Of a stretch of DNA of 64,000 nucleotides, positions 23,920 to 35,430 are shown piece by piece; within the stretch, counting starts at the first letter, position 1, and every line of letters starts with the position of its first letter. A program made the position numbers and the translations under genes. Source of the stretch: Lama glama (taxonomy: Eukaryota); contig CM052817.1 in NCBI GenBank assembly GCA_028534125.1, positions 21,764,001 to 21,828,000 of the forward strand, read 5' to 3'. The notes beneath the pieces were generated by a model. The model saw nothing but the letters and a program-made list of their open reading frames with translations. It made no database searches and was not told the DNA's origin.

Positions 23920-24440
23920 TGAAGGGTACAAGAATATGCCACCCCAAAATATGCCACTTTGGTGTATTGATTTTTAGCTAGAGGCCATTGAAAACCAGTT
24001 GACACAGGAAAAGCTCTAAAAATAAAGCACAAAATTTCCTTTTATAAAAGAAATATATATTTGTAAAAGATGTCTTCAAATCTCAAACTGGGAATAGAGG
24101 ACTCAGTAACTCATCGATGGAGAAGGCATTGACTTAAATATGCATTGCAAAACTAACCAACATCACCAAACAAGTTTGTTTACCATATTTTTCCTGGTCA
24201 TCTCTTCATAACTTGCCTTCATTTGCCCAGAAGCCCAAAACCCATTTTCCTTTGTTTTTGCCTAACATTCTGCATAAACCCAAGTTCTAATCAGCTCTTG
24301 GAGTCTCTGGGTACTCCCATAAGTAAGCATGATTCACATGCTGATACACTTCTGTGTGCTTTTCTCTTGCTAATCTGTCTTTAATCAGGCCCACCAGAAA
24401 TATAGGAGTGTTGTAGGAAAAATAATTTTTCTCCCCTATA
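23920..24440 (+). mobile_element. MER34/MER39-like ERV1 solo LTR
   Basis: TGAAGGG...'gaatatgccaccccaaaatatgccactttgg'...ends 'tttctccccta(t)a'; TSD ATCT (23916-23919, 24441-24444). Confidence 0.9.
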
Positions 24441-24795
24441 ATCTCTTGTCAGAGATTTCAAATTTGGAAATTACTATTAGTTAATTAACAACAGTCATTT
24501 GAAATTTCTGTCATCTGTAGTAGTTTATTCTGATTTCTGCCTAAAGTCTCTCTCAGCAGTTACCTGCCGAAAATCGTGTATTCCTGAAAGACTGGCTTAG
24601 AGCCCCATGGAAAAGAACTGTACTAGGTACTTCAAAATATTTATACTTCAAAGAATAAACTCTTGGTTTTAGGCTTCTGATGGCATTTTGATACCAGTGG
24701 ACTGAGTCAGGATTTCCTGAATTCTTCCTATACACCTTTCCAGGTGCCTTCACTGAGACTGTTATCCCAAGATCTAGCAGATTAAAAATGAATTA

Positions 24796-24963
24796 GAAGT
24801 ATTGAAGATATAATGTACATGATCGCTTTATTTAACACTACTGTATACTATATTTTTGAGTTGCTAAGAGAGTAAATCTTAAGAATTCTCATTCCAAGAA
24901 AAACAATTTTTGCAACTCTACGAGATAATGGATATTAACTAAAATAATAATAAAGAAGAAAAG
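24796..24963 (+). mobile_element. Short L1MA-type 3' fragment with A-rich tail
   Basis: 'ttgctaagagagtaaatcttaag...ttctca'; diverged TSD aaaaatgaatta (24784-24795) / aagaatgagtta (24964-24975). Confidence 0.7.
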
Positions 24964-25353
24964 AAGAATGAGTTATGTAGGACTGAATGAGCTGACAAGG
25001 GAAATATTATTTCTTTGAAATACCATTGATGTTGTTTTAATGTTCTGTTTTATGTATAAGGATATCTTTTCTTTTTAATATAACTGTTGCTCATGAAGAG
25101 TAGCAGAATATGCCACCCCAAAATATTCCACTTTGGTATATTAATTATTTGGGGCTGTAGGAACTTGGAAAACAGCAAGGGAGAGGCTTTCTCTGAACTC
25201 CTCTTTTCTGCCCCAGGACACATCCTCCTAAAGGCACTCAATTGTCATAAATTCTCTCCCCTGGAGTTTCATCAACCAGGGAAGATTGACATTTATCACA
25301 GGAAAGGAGACTACAAGTGACACCATACCCAGATAAACTTTGTCACAAACTAT

Positions 25354-26361
25354 TATTTACAGAAAAAATAAATAAAATAGGCATATTGATACAAGAAAAT
25401 GAGATGCAAGAGGATGGTCATGTCCCAGGTCTTGGACAAGTACTTAGGATGCACCCCACCAACTAAGGGTCCTTGGTTTTGTGTAGGAAAGAATTCAAGA
25501 GAAAGCCATAGCTGAGTAAAAGTAGATTTATTCAAAGAGATGTACACTCCATAGACAGAGTGTAGGCCATCTCAGATGGCCAGAGAGGCCATGAGATGTT
25601 GGGGAGTTGGGTGGTTTAAAGTAAAAATAGATACACGTTCAAAAAAACAGTATAGGCCATCTCTGAAGGCAGGAGAGGGTGACCACAAGATGTGGTAGTT
25701 AGTTTTTATGGGCTTGGTACTTCATATGCTAACAAGTCAGAGGATTATTCCAACTAATTTGGGAAAGGGGAAGGATTTCCAGGAATTGGGCCATTATCCA
25801 CTTTTTGGCCTTTTATGGTTAACCTCAGAACTGTCATGGTGCTGGTGGGTGTGTCATTTACCATGCTAATATATTGCATTGAGTGAAAAGTGAAGCTCAA
25901 GGTCTACTGGGAGTTGAATGTTACACTGTTTTGGCCTCAAGGTCCAAGGGAGTTGAACTTCAATTGCTGTGTCATTCTTTTAATGGTTGTACCCTGTCCC
26001 CTTCCCTCCTGTCTCAATATTAAATTTTTTTAAAGTTTATTTGAGTAAAAATCAATTTGAATAGGGCAGCACCAGACCTTAAATGGTTAGGAATGTTTCA
26101 CAGACAGGAACTAGGGAAAGGCTTTTGTAGACCAGACACAGAAAAAAATTAAGAATTTTTCGTTGGCTAGAGGTTAGGTGGTTGCCTTATTTGGGAAAGC
26201 CTATTTGGTTATTTTTGATTGCTTGTTCTTAGATTTTAATTTCTTAACCTTGTGGCATTTATGGGAATATATTCTGGCTTAAGTTTTTGTTCAGTTTTGT
26301 AGGCTGCCAAGGCATTAGAACACCTTCAGTCTAACAGTCTTCTTGTTCAATTACTGTAACA
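25354..26361 (-). mobile_element. ERV1-type solo LTR, middle element of the triple nest
   Basis: TSD CTAT (25350-25353, 26362-26365); minus strand starts TGTTACAG; minus-strand AATAAA at ~26037-26042. Confidence 0.8.
25387..26016 (-). mobile_element. ERV1-type solo LTR, innermost element of the triple nest
   Basis: Minus strand TGAGACAGG...GTATCA; TSD ATAT (25383-25386, 26017-26020); 'gaattctttcct' U5 motif and AATAAA on minus. Confidence 0.9.
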
Positions 26362-28383
26362 CTATCATACCTCCTATCTATTCTTCTTGGAGCCCATTCA
26401 TCTTTCCTGAAAATTGTTTACTCTCCTCTGTATGACCTGCATGCCCCCCTTTTTTTCCCTAGTAAGATAGTACTTAAGTCTGAATTCTAAGCCACCTGGT
26501 GAATTACTCATTTTTCCCATGGTAGCTCCTTTGTGTACATGAGTGATGCATGTTAATAAACATCTAAATGTTTTTCTCTTGTTAATCTGTTTTTTTTGTT
26601 ATAGGGTCTCAGCTACGAGCTCAGAAGGGTAGAGTGAAAATTATTTTCTTACCTTGTGCCCACAAAAGTAGTGGTAGTAGTCTACAAAAGTAGTAGACTC
26701 TACTTTTGTAAAATGGAACATTTTTAATTCTTATCTAATTTTCCTCTCCCCCACCCCCATCCTCTCACAAGAATTCAGAACATTGCATTGAGTTTCCTTC
26801 CTATATGTGGTTATTATATTATTTGCATATATCCATTAAGAATATGTCCTTCTCTCTACCATGGTGTAATTGTTTACCATGATGTTAGTGGGTTAGTTAT
26901 TCCCACTAACACCTGGCCTTACCTGAAATGTGGTATTTGAGAATGATGCAGATTTAATCAGATCTGACCAGCCACTTTAAAAGAGCTAATTCTGATTTTA
27001 TGTAATCCAGATTTGCAAAGGCCACCCAGGAAAATTGACCTGGTACCTGATTTATAGAGTTTATGGTAAGGGAATTCATCTCAGGCGAGTTGGGCACCTT
27101 AGAATATTTTGGGGACCTTAGAGAGTGGAAATTATCCAAAGTTGTAAGTACTGTAAATCAAATCTCATAGAGAAAGTTTCTCAAGATTGGCTCCCTGGGC
27201 TCAATGTAGCAAAGAATAAAAGACTCTTATTAATCTAATCTGAGATTCCTTTTGATAACATGCAGCAAAGTAAGTTTAAAAAGATCTAATTGGTAGATTA
27301 AGATTCTTGTTGGATTTATGTAAATAATCAGGCCAAATTTAGTAAAGCCATTTTTATTTTATAGTCTATAATAATCTTTCTTTGAGATTATTTTTTGAAT
27401 TAAGTGGGAGGAGCTATAGAAACAATCTGTGCTTTGATGGAAAGCTATACATTATCTAGAGCACTCCATTCCTTCTTATTTGATTAGTCTTTCACTGACT
27501 GTGAGCTGTTTTAGAACCTTTATATTGTAGGTAAATGACAGAAATGCAAATTCTTGTCTATAGACATGCAAATACATTCTGTCTGATAGAGACTCAGTTG
27601 ATTTCCCTTAGCATCTTGAAGCCAGTTTTGCTTGTATTTGTACATTCATTTCAATATTCTTGATCTATAAACTTGATGTATTTAGATTCTCTTTTTTAAC
27701 ATCTTACTAGTTTCCTTATTAATGATTTTAAAAGAATCTTTAACATCTGTTCATTTCGTATCTGTATGAGTGTTACGATTTTGCATTTTAAAAAAATGTT
27801 TAGCATATTGTAAACATTTCTTCTGCTTTCATACCACTCTAGTTTGAAAATGTATCTTCTTTGATTCCCTCTCAGTTTTCCAAAATTATTTTGGAAGTTT
27901 CTTCAACTCCCCTTGCTCAACCACTCTCCTTTGTGCATGGTGGGGAGGGATGAAAGAGGTCATGGGGATAGAAAGTGATCAACAGCAGAGTAAAAGCCAC
28001 TGTTCATCTTTTCTATTTTTGTTTCCCCTCTGGTTCTTATTTTTCTCACTTTTAAGGATTTTTTTCCCCCAGACTTATCATCTTGTTACTTGATTTTTGC
28101 TTTTAAATAATAAAGATGTGTCTGTTTTACCTTCTGGGTTACAATTTCTTATTTTGTTATGAAAATGAAAAAAGAGCTAATGTGTAATACAAGTTAAGCA
28201 CATTGTTCTTACTTTAAAAAATACTCAAACATGACAAGTATTTCTATGTGCAAAGCCCAGGCTTAATTCTAGCAGTAGTCCTGCATACCAGGAATAGTAT
28301 TATTTTTATTTTGAATATAGTAAAAAAATTATATTTAAAATGCTGGGGAATATTCCCAAATTTGCACAACCACTAGGTAGATA

Positions 28384-28930
28384 TGTTGTCAGAAAATGAG
28401 ACACCAAGGTCAGGAAAACAAAGCAAGGATTCATTAAGGGATAGATAATACACTCTCAAGGCAAGAGCAGGTAGACCCAGGTACGTAGCTGCCTGGGCTT
28501 CTTTGGCAAGCTGGTTACATGGATGTAAAAATGAATGGGAAAAATATTTATTGGCAGAGAGAGATTCGGGGTTTCCTGATCATTATTCCAGCTCCACCTT
28601 CCTGGGTGGAAGGAGGGATTTTTTTGTCCTAATTTAGTCTTGATCAGAAAGTCTGATGAGATCATGATGAGCAAAGGTTACATTCAGATGAGGGTATAAT
28701 GAGCAAAAGGTTTCATTGGGGTGGTGGAGATTCCTGTCTTGTCTCACATTTCTTTGTCTGCCTCCAAGACACTTGTCAACCCAGAGTGTATGGTTTCTTA
28801 TAAGTCCAGAGGTTCCTGCTTTTCTTGGTCTGTTTAAGGACCTATGTTGTTCAGAAGATGTATGGTTTCTTGGCACTTGGTCCATGTTGTTCTTTCTCTG
28901 CTCATATCTAGCTACCCACCTGCTCTAACA
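28384..28930 (-). mobile_element. ERV1-type solo LTR (same family as 271-926)
   Basis: Minus strand TGTTAGAGCA...ACAACA; TSD GATA (28380-28383, 28931-28934). Confidence 0.9.
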
Positions 28931-29229
28931 GATAGAAAATAAAATCAAAGTGGTAGGGGGAGGTCCAGATGAAAATCACTTGTTAGTTCAGACTATTAAT
29001 TTCCTTCTGTTCTTTTATTGTCATATCTCTTCTCATATTTTCAGAGAAAGGTTATGGTGAAATATTTTTACCATATTTTATGTCTAAGTGACTGATAAGT
29101 CCAGAAGTTTGTCTTTCTAAATTATATTTTTGTATATAAAGTATTATGGCTAAGTAGAGGTAGGAGATATGAAATATTTCATGTGGTTCTTAAGCTTAAC
29201 TTACTTTTTTCCAAGAATATTATGACACA

Positions 29230-29650
29230 CAGTCAGTCAAATGCTGGCTCCCCAAATATCACCAACACAACCTATTGATAAAATGAAGCTGAGTAATCAT
29301 GACAAGGCAAGGTGCTACCTGGCAAAGTTTTGGCACTGTTTTAAGGGGAAATAATACAATAGTTTAGGATTTGTGGAAACAGCAAGGCAAAGATTTTGAA
29401 GTGAAGGTTTCAGTGAATCTTAAGGCACAGAATGTTTGTTGATATTTTCCATTGGAGAATTGATGAATTTTGCAAGTAGGCCTGTAGTGAACAATCAAAT
29501 AATTTTTCTGGACAGCATAGCCCTAGAAAAAAATGAAGTCATGTTACTGAGGACAGAGAAATCGCAAAACCATGCTAATATAGAAATAAAGGTGTGGTTT
29601 CAGTTCTCAGTGTTCAAACTGAGTATAAGAGTAGCTAGTTTTGTTTCTGA
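29230..29650 (-). mobile_element. Probable ancient ERV LTR, family uncertain
   Basis: 'tattgataaaatgaagctgag' and 'gtggtttcagttctcagtgttcaaactgagt' resemble antisense old eutherian LTRs; no TSD resolved. Confidence 0.4.
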
Positions 29651-29883
29651 AAACTAACATTCAAATGCAAAAAAAAGTTTTTAAAAGTTGTTTTGAAACT
29701 TTTTTTGTTACCTTTTAGTCTCAGTAAGATTATCATAAGAAGCAGAGTATGTCACTTGTCATGCAGTGACTAGGAATGTAACTGACAATGAAAACAAGGA
29801 TGAGAAAGCATTTCCTTAGTCTAATGAAAAGCTAGTCAGAGTATTAGAAAAACAATTGAGACAAGGAGCACAGAGTACTTAAC

Positions 29884-29907
29884 AACACACACACACACAC
29901 ACACACA
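29884..29907. repeat. (AC)n microsatellite
   Basis: About 12 uninterrupted AC units. Confidence 0.95.
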
Positions 29908-30125
29908 AATAGAAATTCTTAGCACTAAGGTATCCTGAAAACACTTGTATTTTATCCAAGTAGATCTCTTGAAAATGTACTATCATTGACAGAATTTGTA
30001 CCATATTGTCAATACAGCTGCCACTGCCTCATTTCTGTCTCTTCAGTTTTCTCTAGAGCTCTCATAAAATAAATGTGTCCATAAATGTTATCACATTAAA
30101 ACAACAAAATAATAAAATTCTAAAG

Positions 30126-33100
30126 GGGACTTCAAGATGGTGGAATAGAGGATATGGAGCTCACCCTCTCCCATGAATACATCAAAAATTACATCTACAC
30201 ATGGAATAATCTCATAGAATACCAACCGAACTTTGGCAGAATATCTCTTACAATTGGAACTACAAGAAAAATCCTCACAAAACTGGGTAGGAGAAGAAAA
30301 AGGAAAAGGAAACCAGAGCAGGATCTGCCCCCTCGGGAGGAAAGGCAGAGAAGGAAAAGTGCCCTCACCCTAAGAAGCCCCCTCTCCAGTGGAGAGGTTG
30401 CCTGGGACAGAAAGGGAGCTCCAGAGGCTTGTAGGAGAAAGTAGTAGCTGCTTGTCAGACAGAATGGAGAGAAACCAGCACAGAGGGTCAGTTCAACACC
30501 AGGAATGACCCGGGAGCCGATGAGTGCAGGCTGGGACTGGGTGCTGGGGCTTGGGTTTCAGAGGATGGGCCCAGGAAGAGAACTGGGGCTGACTGCAGAG
30601 GCAGCCTCAGGGGGCTGGAGTGTGGTGCAGGCTGAGGCTGGGACTGTATGCAGAACAGCCTGGGTTTACCATAGGACCCTCCACTACTAGCATAGCAGAA
30701 GGAGGCATTCAACACAGCCTGGCCACAGCAGCCTTTTTCACAAGCCCAGAGGGTATCCCTCAGCACGATGGTTGGTGTCACACAGGTTGGGGTCCAGACA
30801 TAGAAATCTTCTTGGTTTGCTCTGGAGGGCCCCAGTTGCTGGTGCACAGCTCCCAAGAAGAGGCAGAGATGATAACCGAGTCTGCTTTCAGTGGTCTCAG
30901 GACTTCTCAGGTGGGACTGAAATTTAAGTCAAGCCTCAGGCAGATGTGGTAGATTTGCTCCACTGGAGACTTTGTGGACCGGCACCTCTGGGATAACTGA
31001 GTGGAGTTCTGGTGTGTGGAGGGGGCAGCTCTTAGATTAACAGGGGTCTACACATGTGGAGGTGGGGCCGGTATCTGGGTTGGCCCTGTAGCTATTGCTG
31101 GATCATAATGCATGGCTGCACACACACTATGGTGGTCCTGGTGCCTTATGTCAGCAGATCCACCCTGGTGGCCCTGCGGGCACAGAACCTGGGAGATACC
31201 AGAACAGGTTGCCGACATTCTCGCAGCTGAGGCAGGGAAAAGAGCAGTGTCAACAAAGTGTACTTTGAAGCCCACACAAGTGACAAACAACATCACAGAG
31301 GGCACTTACTGGTGGACCTCTCCTGCAGAGGAATACTCAGTGGTGCATCTTCTAGCAAATGTGCTCCAATGATCAAAGGAGCAGTACAAGAAGAGGCCAT
31401 TGTACCCATTAACACATATGCACCCCCATATTGGAGCATCTAAATATATAAAGCAAATACTAACAGACATAAAGGGAGAAACTGATGAGAATACAAGAAT
31501 AGTAGGAGCCTAACAATGACATCATTGGACAGATTTTTGAGACAAAATCAATAAGGCAACAGAGATACTAAATGACACAATAGAACAGTTGGACTTAATT
31601 GATATTTTCAGGACATTACATCCCCAAAAAACAGAATGCTTTCTTTTCAAGTGAGAATGGAACATTCTCTAGGATGGAGCACATACTAGGACACAAAAGA
31701 AGCTGCAGCAAATTTAAGAAGATAGAAATTATTTCAAGTGTCTTTTCGACCACAATGGCATGAATTCAGAAATCAACCACAGAAAGAAAAATGAGAAAAC
31801 AACAACAATAACAACAAAGAGACTAAACAACATGCTACTGAGAAACCAATAGGTCAACAATGAAATCAAAGAAGAAATTAAAAAATACTTTAAGACAAAT
31901 GAAAATGAAAACACTACCACACAGAATCTATGGGATACAGGAAAAACAGTCCTAAGAGGAAAGTTCGTAGTGACACAGACCTTCCTTAAAAAATAAGAAC
32001 AATCTCAAATAAACAGTTTAACTTACCATCTGAAAGAATTAGAAACAAACAAAACCTAAAGTCAGCAGAAGGAAAGAAATAATAAAGATCAGGGAGGAAA
32101 TAAAATAGAAATTTTAAAAATAGAAAAAAATCAGTCAAACCAAGAGCTGGTTTTTGAAAAGGTAACAAAATTGACAAATCTTTGTCCAGGCTCACAAGAA
32201 GAAATGAGAAAAGACAAAAATAAACAAAATAAGAAATGAAAATGGAGAAATTACAACAAAGACCACAGAAAAACAAATAAACAGACAAAAAATCATAAAA
32301 AAGTACTATGAACAACTATATGGCAACAAATTGGACAACCTAGAAGAAATAGACAAGTTTCTACAAACTTACAGTCCACCAAACTGAATCAAAAAGAAAT
32401 GGATAATTTGAATAGACCACAACACTAGAAATGAAATAAAATCAGCAATAAAAAAACCTCCCTGCAAACAGAAGTCCAGGACCAGATGGCTTCACTCAGG
32501 AATTCTACCAGATATAGAAAGAACTTATATACATCCTTCTCAAACTCTTCCAAAATATTGAAGAGGAGGGAATACTCCCAAAGTCATTCTTTGAAGCCAC
32601 CATCACCCTGATACCAAAACCACACAAAGACACTACCAGAAAAGAAAATTATAGATTAATATCTTTGATGAATATAGATGCAGAGATTCTCAACAAACTA
32701 TTAACAAACAATCTAAGATCCACTATGATCAAGCTGGATTCATCCCAGGGACAGAAGAATGGTTCAACATACACAAATCATTCAATATGATACAACACAT
32801 TTACAAAAGAAAAAACCAAAAATCACATGATTATCTAAATAGTTGTAGAAAAAGTATTTGATAAAGTCTAACACCCATTTATGATAAAAATTCTTACCAA
32901 AGTGGGTATAGATGGAACATATTTCCAAATAATAAAAGCTATTTATGACAGACACACAGCCAGCATAATGCTCAATGGTGAAAAGCTGAAAGCCTTCTCA
33001 TTAAAATCTGGAGCAAGACAAGGATGCCCACTCTCACCACTTCTATTCAACATAGTATTGGAAGTCCTAGCCATAGCAATCAGACAAGAAAAAGAAATAA

Positions 33101-34038
33101 AAAGGATCCAAATTGGAAGAGAAGAAATAAAAGTGTCCTATCTGTAGATGACATGATACTATATATAGAAAACCCTAAAACCTCCACACAAAAACTACTT
33201 CAGCTGATAAAATAATTTGGAAAGGTAGCAGGATACAAGATTAGCATAAAGAAAGCAGTTGCATGTCTTTACACTAACAATGAATTATGAGAAAACAAAA
33301 GTAAAAAATTCCCTTTTAAAATCTCATCAAAAAAATAAAATATGTATGAATAAACCTGACCAAGGAGGTAAAAGACTTATATGAAGATAACTGCAAAGCA
33401 TTTGTTAAAGAAATTAAACATGATTTAAGGAAATGGAATTATATTCTATGCTCTTGGATTGGAAGAATTAATATTGTTAAAATGGCCATACTACCAAAGC
33501 AGTCTACAGATTTAATGTGATCCCTATCAAATTACCCATGACGTTTTTCGCAGAACCAGAACAAATAATTATAAAAATTATATGGAATTACGTAAGACCC
33601 AGAATTGCCAAAGCAATATTGAAGAAAAAGAAAGACATTGGAAGAATAACCCTCCCATACTTTAGACAATACTATAGCTACAATAATCAAAACAATGTGG
33701 TATTGACACAAAATCAGATATATGTATTGATGAAACAGAATAAGAGCCAAGAAATAAATCCACACACCTAGGGTCAATTACTTTTTGACAAAGGAAGCAA
33801 GAATATACAATGGAGGAAAGACAGCCTCTTTAGCAAGTGGTGTTGGTAAAGCTGGCATATATCTAGAGGGAACTCTAATTTGAAAAGATGCATGCACCCC
33901 TATGTTCATAGCAGTACTGTTTACAATAGCCAAGACATGGAAACAACCTAAATGTCTACTGACAGAAGACTGGATAAAGAAGCAGTGGTGTGTATATGTG
34001 TATGTATATATATGCACACACATACATACATACATATG

Positions 34039-34084
<46 letters not shown>

Positions 34085-34560
34085 ATGGAATACTACTCAG
34101 CCATAAACAATAATAAAATAATGCCATTTACAGCAACATGGATGGACCAGAAGATCATCATACTAAGTGAATTAAACCAGAAAGAAAGAAAAATACCATA
34201 TGATACTACTTACATGTGAGAATCTAAAAAAAAGAAAAATGACATCAATGAATTTACTTACAAAACAGGCTCACAGGTGTAGAAAACAAACTTAAGATTA
34301 CCAGGGGTAAAGTGGGTGGGAAGGGATAGATTGGAAGTTTGAGATTTGCAGATACTAACTTATATATATAAAATAGATAAACAACAAGTTTATAATGTAT
34401 AGCACAGGAAACTATAATATTCAGTATCTTAAAATATGCCTTTAATGAAAAAATATGAAAATGAATATGTATATGTATGATTGAAACGTGCTGTACAATT
34501 ATAAACTGACTATACTTCAATGAACATAAATATAAAAAAATTAAAATTAACAAAACAAAA
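30126..34560 (+). mobile_element. 5'-complete but internally deleted LINE-1: 5'UTR, disrupted ORF2, 3'UTR, no ORF1
   Basis: Starts GGGACTTCAAGATGG; GC-rich 5'UTR to ~31367; ORF2 relics include '[21 protein letters not shown]', 'DDMILYIENPK' and 'MFIAVLFTIAKTWKQPKC'; TSD aaaattctaaag (30114-30125) / aagattctaaag (34561-34572). Confidence 0.95.
33988..34080. repeat. (TG/TA)n plus (CA)n compound microsatellite inside the L1
   Basis: Directly visible; the pure CA run spans ~34043-34080. Confidence 0.95.
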
Positions 34561-34661
34561 AAGATTCTAAAGAATAGGGGAACTCATATTTTTGTTAAAC
34601 ATGTTAAATGTTTAAAAGGTTATTTGTTAGATCTGTGTGTTTGTATGTACGCATGTGTGTA

Positions 34662-34975
34662 TGTAACGTTGAGCTTTACCTCAGCATCCTTTGTTTTAGG
34701 GAAGCAGTTTTTTTGTTTCCCAATATCCCCCCTTTGTCTTTCAAGAAAAGAACTAACAGCAAAGGGCTACTCTGCCCTGACATATTCCAAGATAAAAGCC
34801 TTCTCCATTATTCCTCATGACTTCTAGAAGATTTACCAGGGATTCCTTTGTTTACCTTCCTGTCAAGGACCCAAGTTTCTCTTCCTTTTCTTTGAGATGT
34901 TCTTTATTAATGAATGTTCTCCATAGTGCAGTAAGTTAGTACTGAAAAAATAATCTCTGTAACTTTCTGATGTTA
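34662..34975 (+). mobile_element. Probable ERVL LTR, MER74/MER88-like
   Basis: 'tgagctttacctcagc...gaagcag', 'ccaagataa', 'ctttgtttacct' motifs; no TSD resolved. Confidence 0.45.
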
Positions 34976-35249
34976 CGTATGCATATATGGATATGTATAC
35001 ATAGATAAACATGTTTGTAGATATAAATAATTATATTCTGTTAGATCGTAAATGACAAATTAGATAAACTTTCTCTTTGATGTTCACAATGTCTGTTTTT
35101 GGCCTCTGTGTTGCTGCCACATCATTGACAAACACCAAATGAAGGGGCATGAAAAGACACATTAAGAGAAGAATAAAAGTTCTGTGTTATTCAGGCTTAA
35201 CTTTATTCACATATATGAAGCAGCTCATTTTATTCACATGTATGGAACA

Positions 35250-35430
35250 GCTGTAGAAAAGTATGGGGCTTTGGCATTTGAGGCTTTAAATTTTAGTTTC
35301 TTCACTCTTTATTATAGTTGAGCAAATCACTAAATCTTACTCTCTTTATCTGTAAAATGGGAATAAAAGAGATCACACAAATATTTTTAAGTTGTATAAG
35401 ATGTGTATACATTTCCTAGTAGAAAGTAGA
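35250..35430 (+). mobile_element. MIR SINE
   Basis: 'gtagaaaagtatggggctttggc...ttgagcaaatcactaaatctt...tttatctgtaaaatgggaataa'. Confidence 0.7.

Larger units (their letters stand above)
25094..26658 (+). mobile_element. MER34-like solo LTR, outer element of the triple nest (own sequence 25094-25353 and 26362-26658)
   Basis: Starts TGAAGAG...'gaatatgccaccccaaaatatt'; resumes after the inserts with 'ttaataaa...gttaatctgt...gaagggtagag...aaattattttc'; TSD ctca/ccca with one mismatch. Confidence 0.8.
21700..27560 (+). mobile_element. Degenerate non-coding ERV1 internal region (MER4-group/MER34-int-like), fragmented by later insertions
   Basis: Motifs such as 'cctggtacctg...aatattttggggacctt', 'aatctgagattcctt', 'ttatgtaaataatcaggccaaattt' (26950-27450) and 'taggtttatttgatat' are typical of MER4-group internals; boundaries approximate. 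Confidence 0.55.

Noticed and set aside
23920..26658. Two same-strand MER34-like LTRs as a provirus pair
   Set aside because: Each has its own TSD, their sequences differ substantially, and I saw no PBS or PPT between them.
271..28930. The two similar LTRs as ends of one provirus
   Set aside because: Opposite orientations, 28 kb apart, and each has its own TSD (AGAA versus GATA).
31368..34219. ORF2-like ORFs as a functional reverse transcriptase gene
   Set aside because: Many frameshifts, stops, deletions and a microsatellite insertion; a dead L1.
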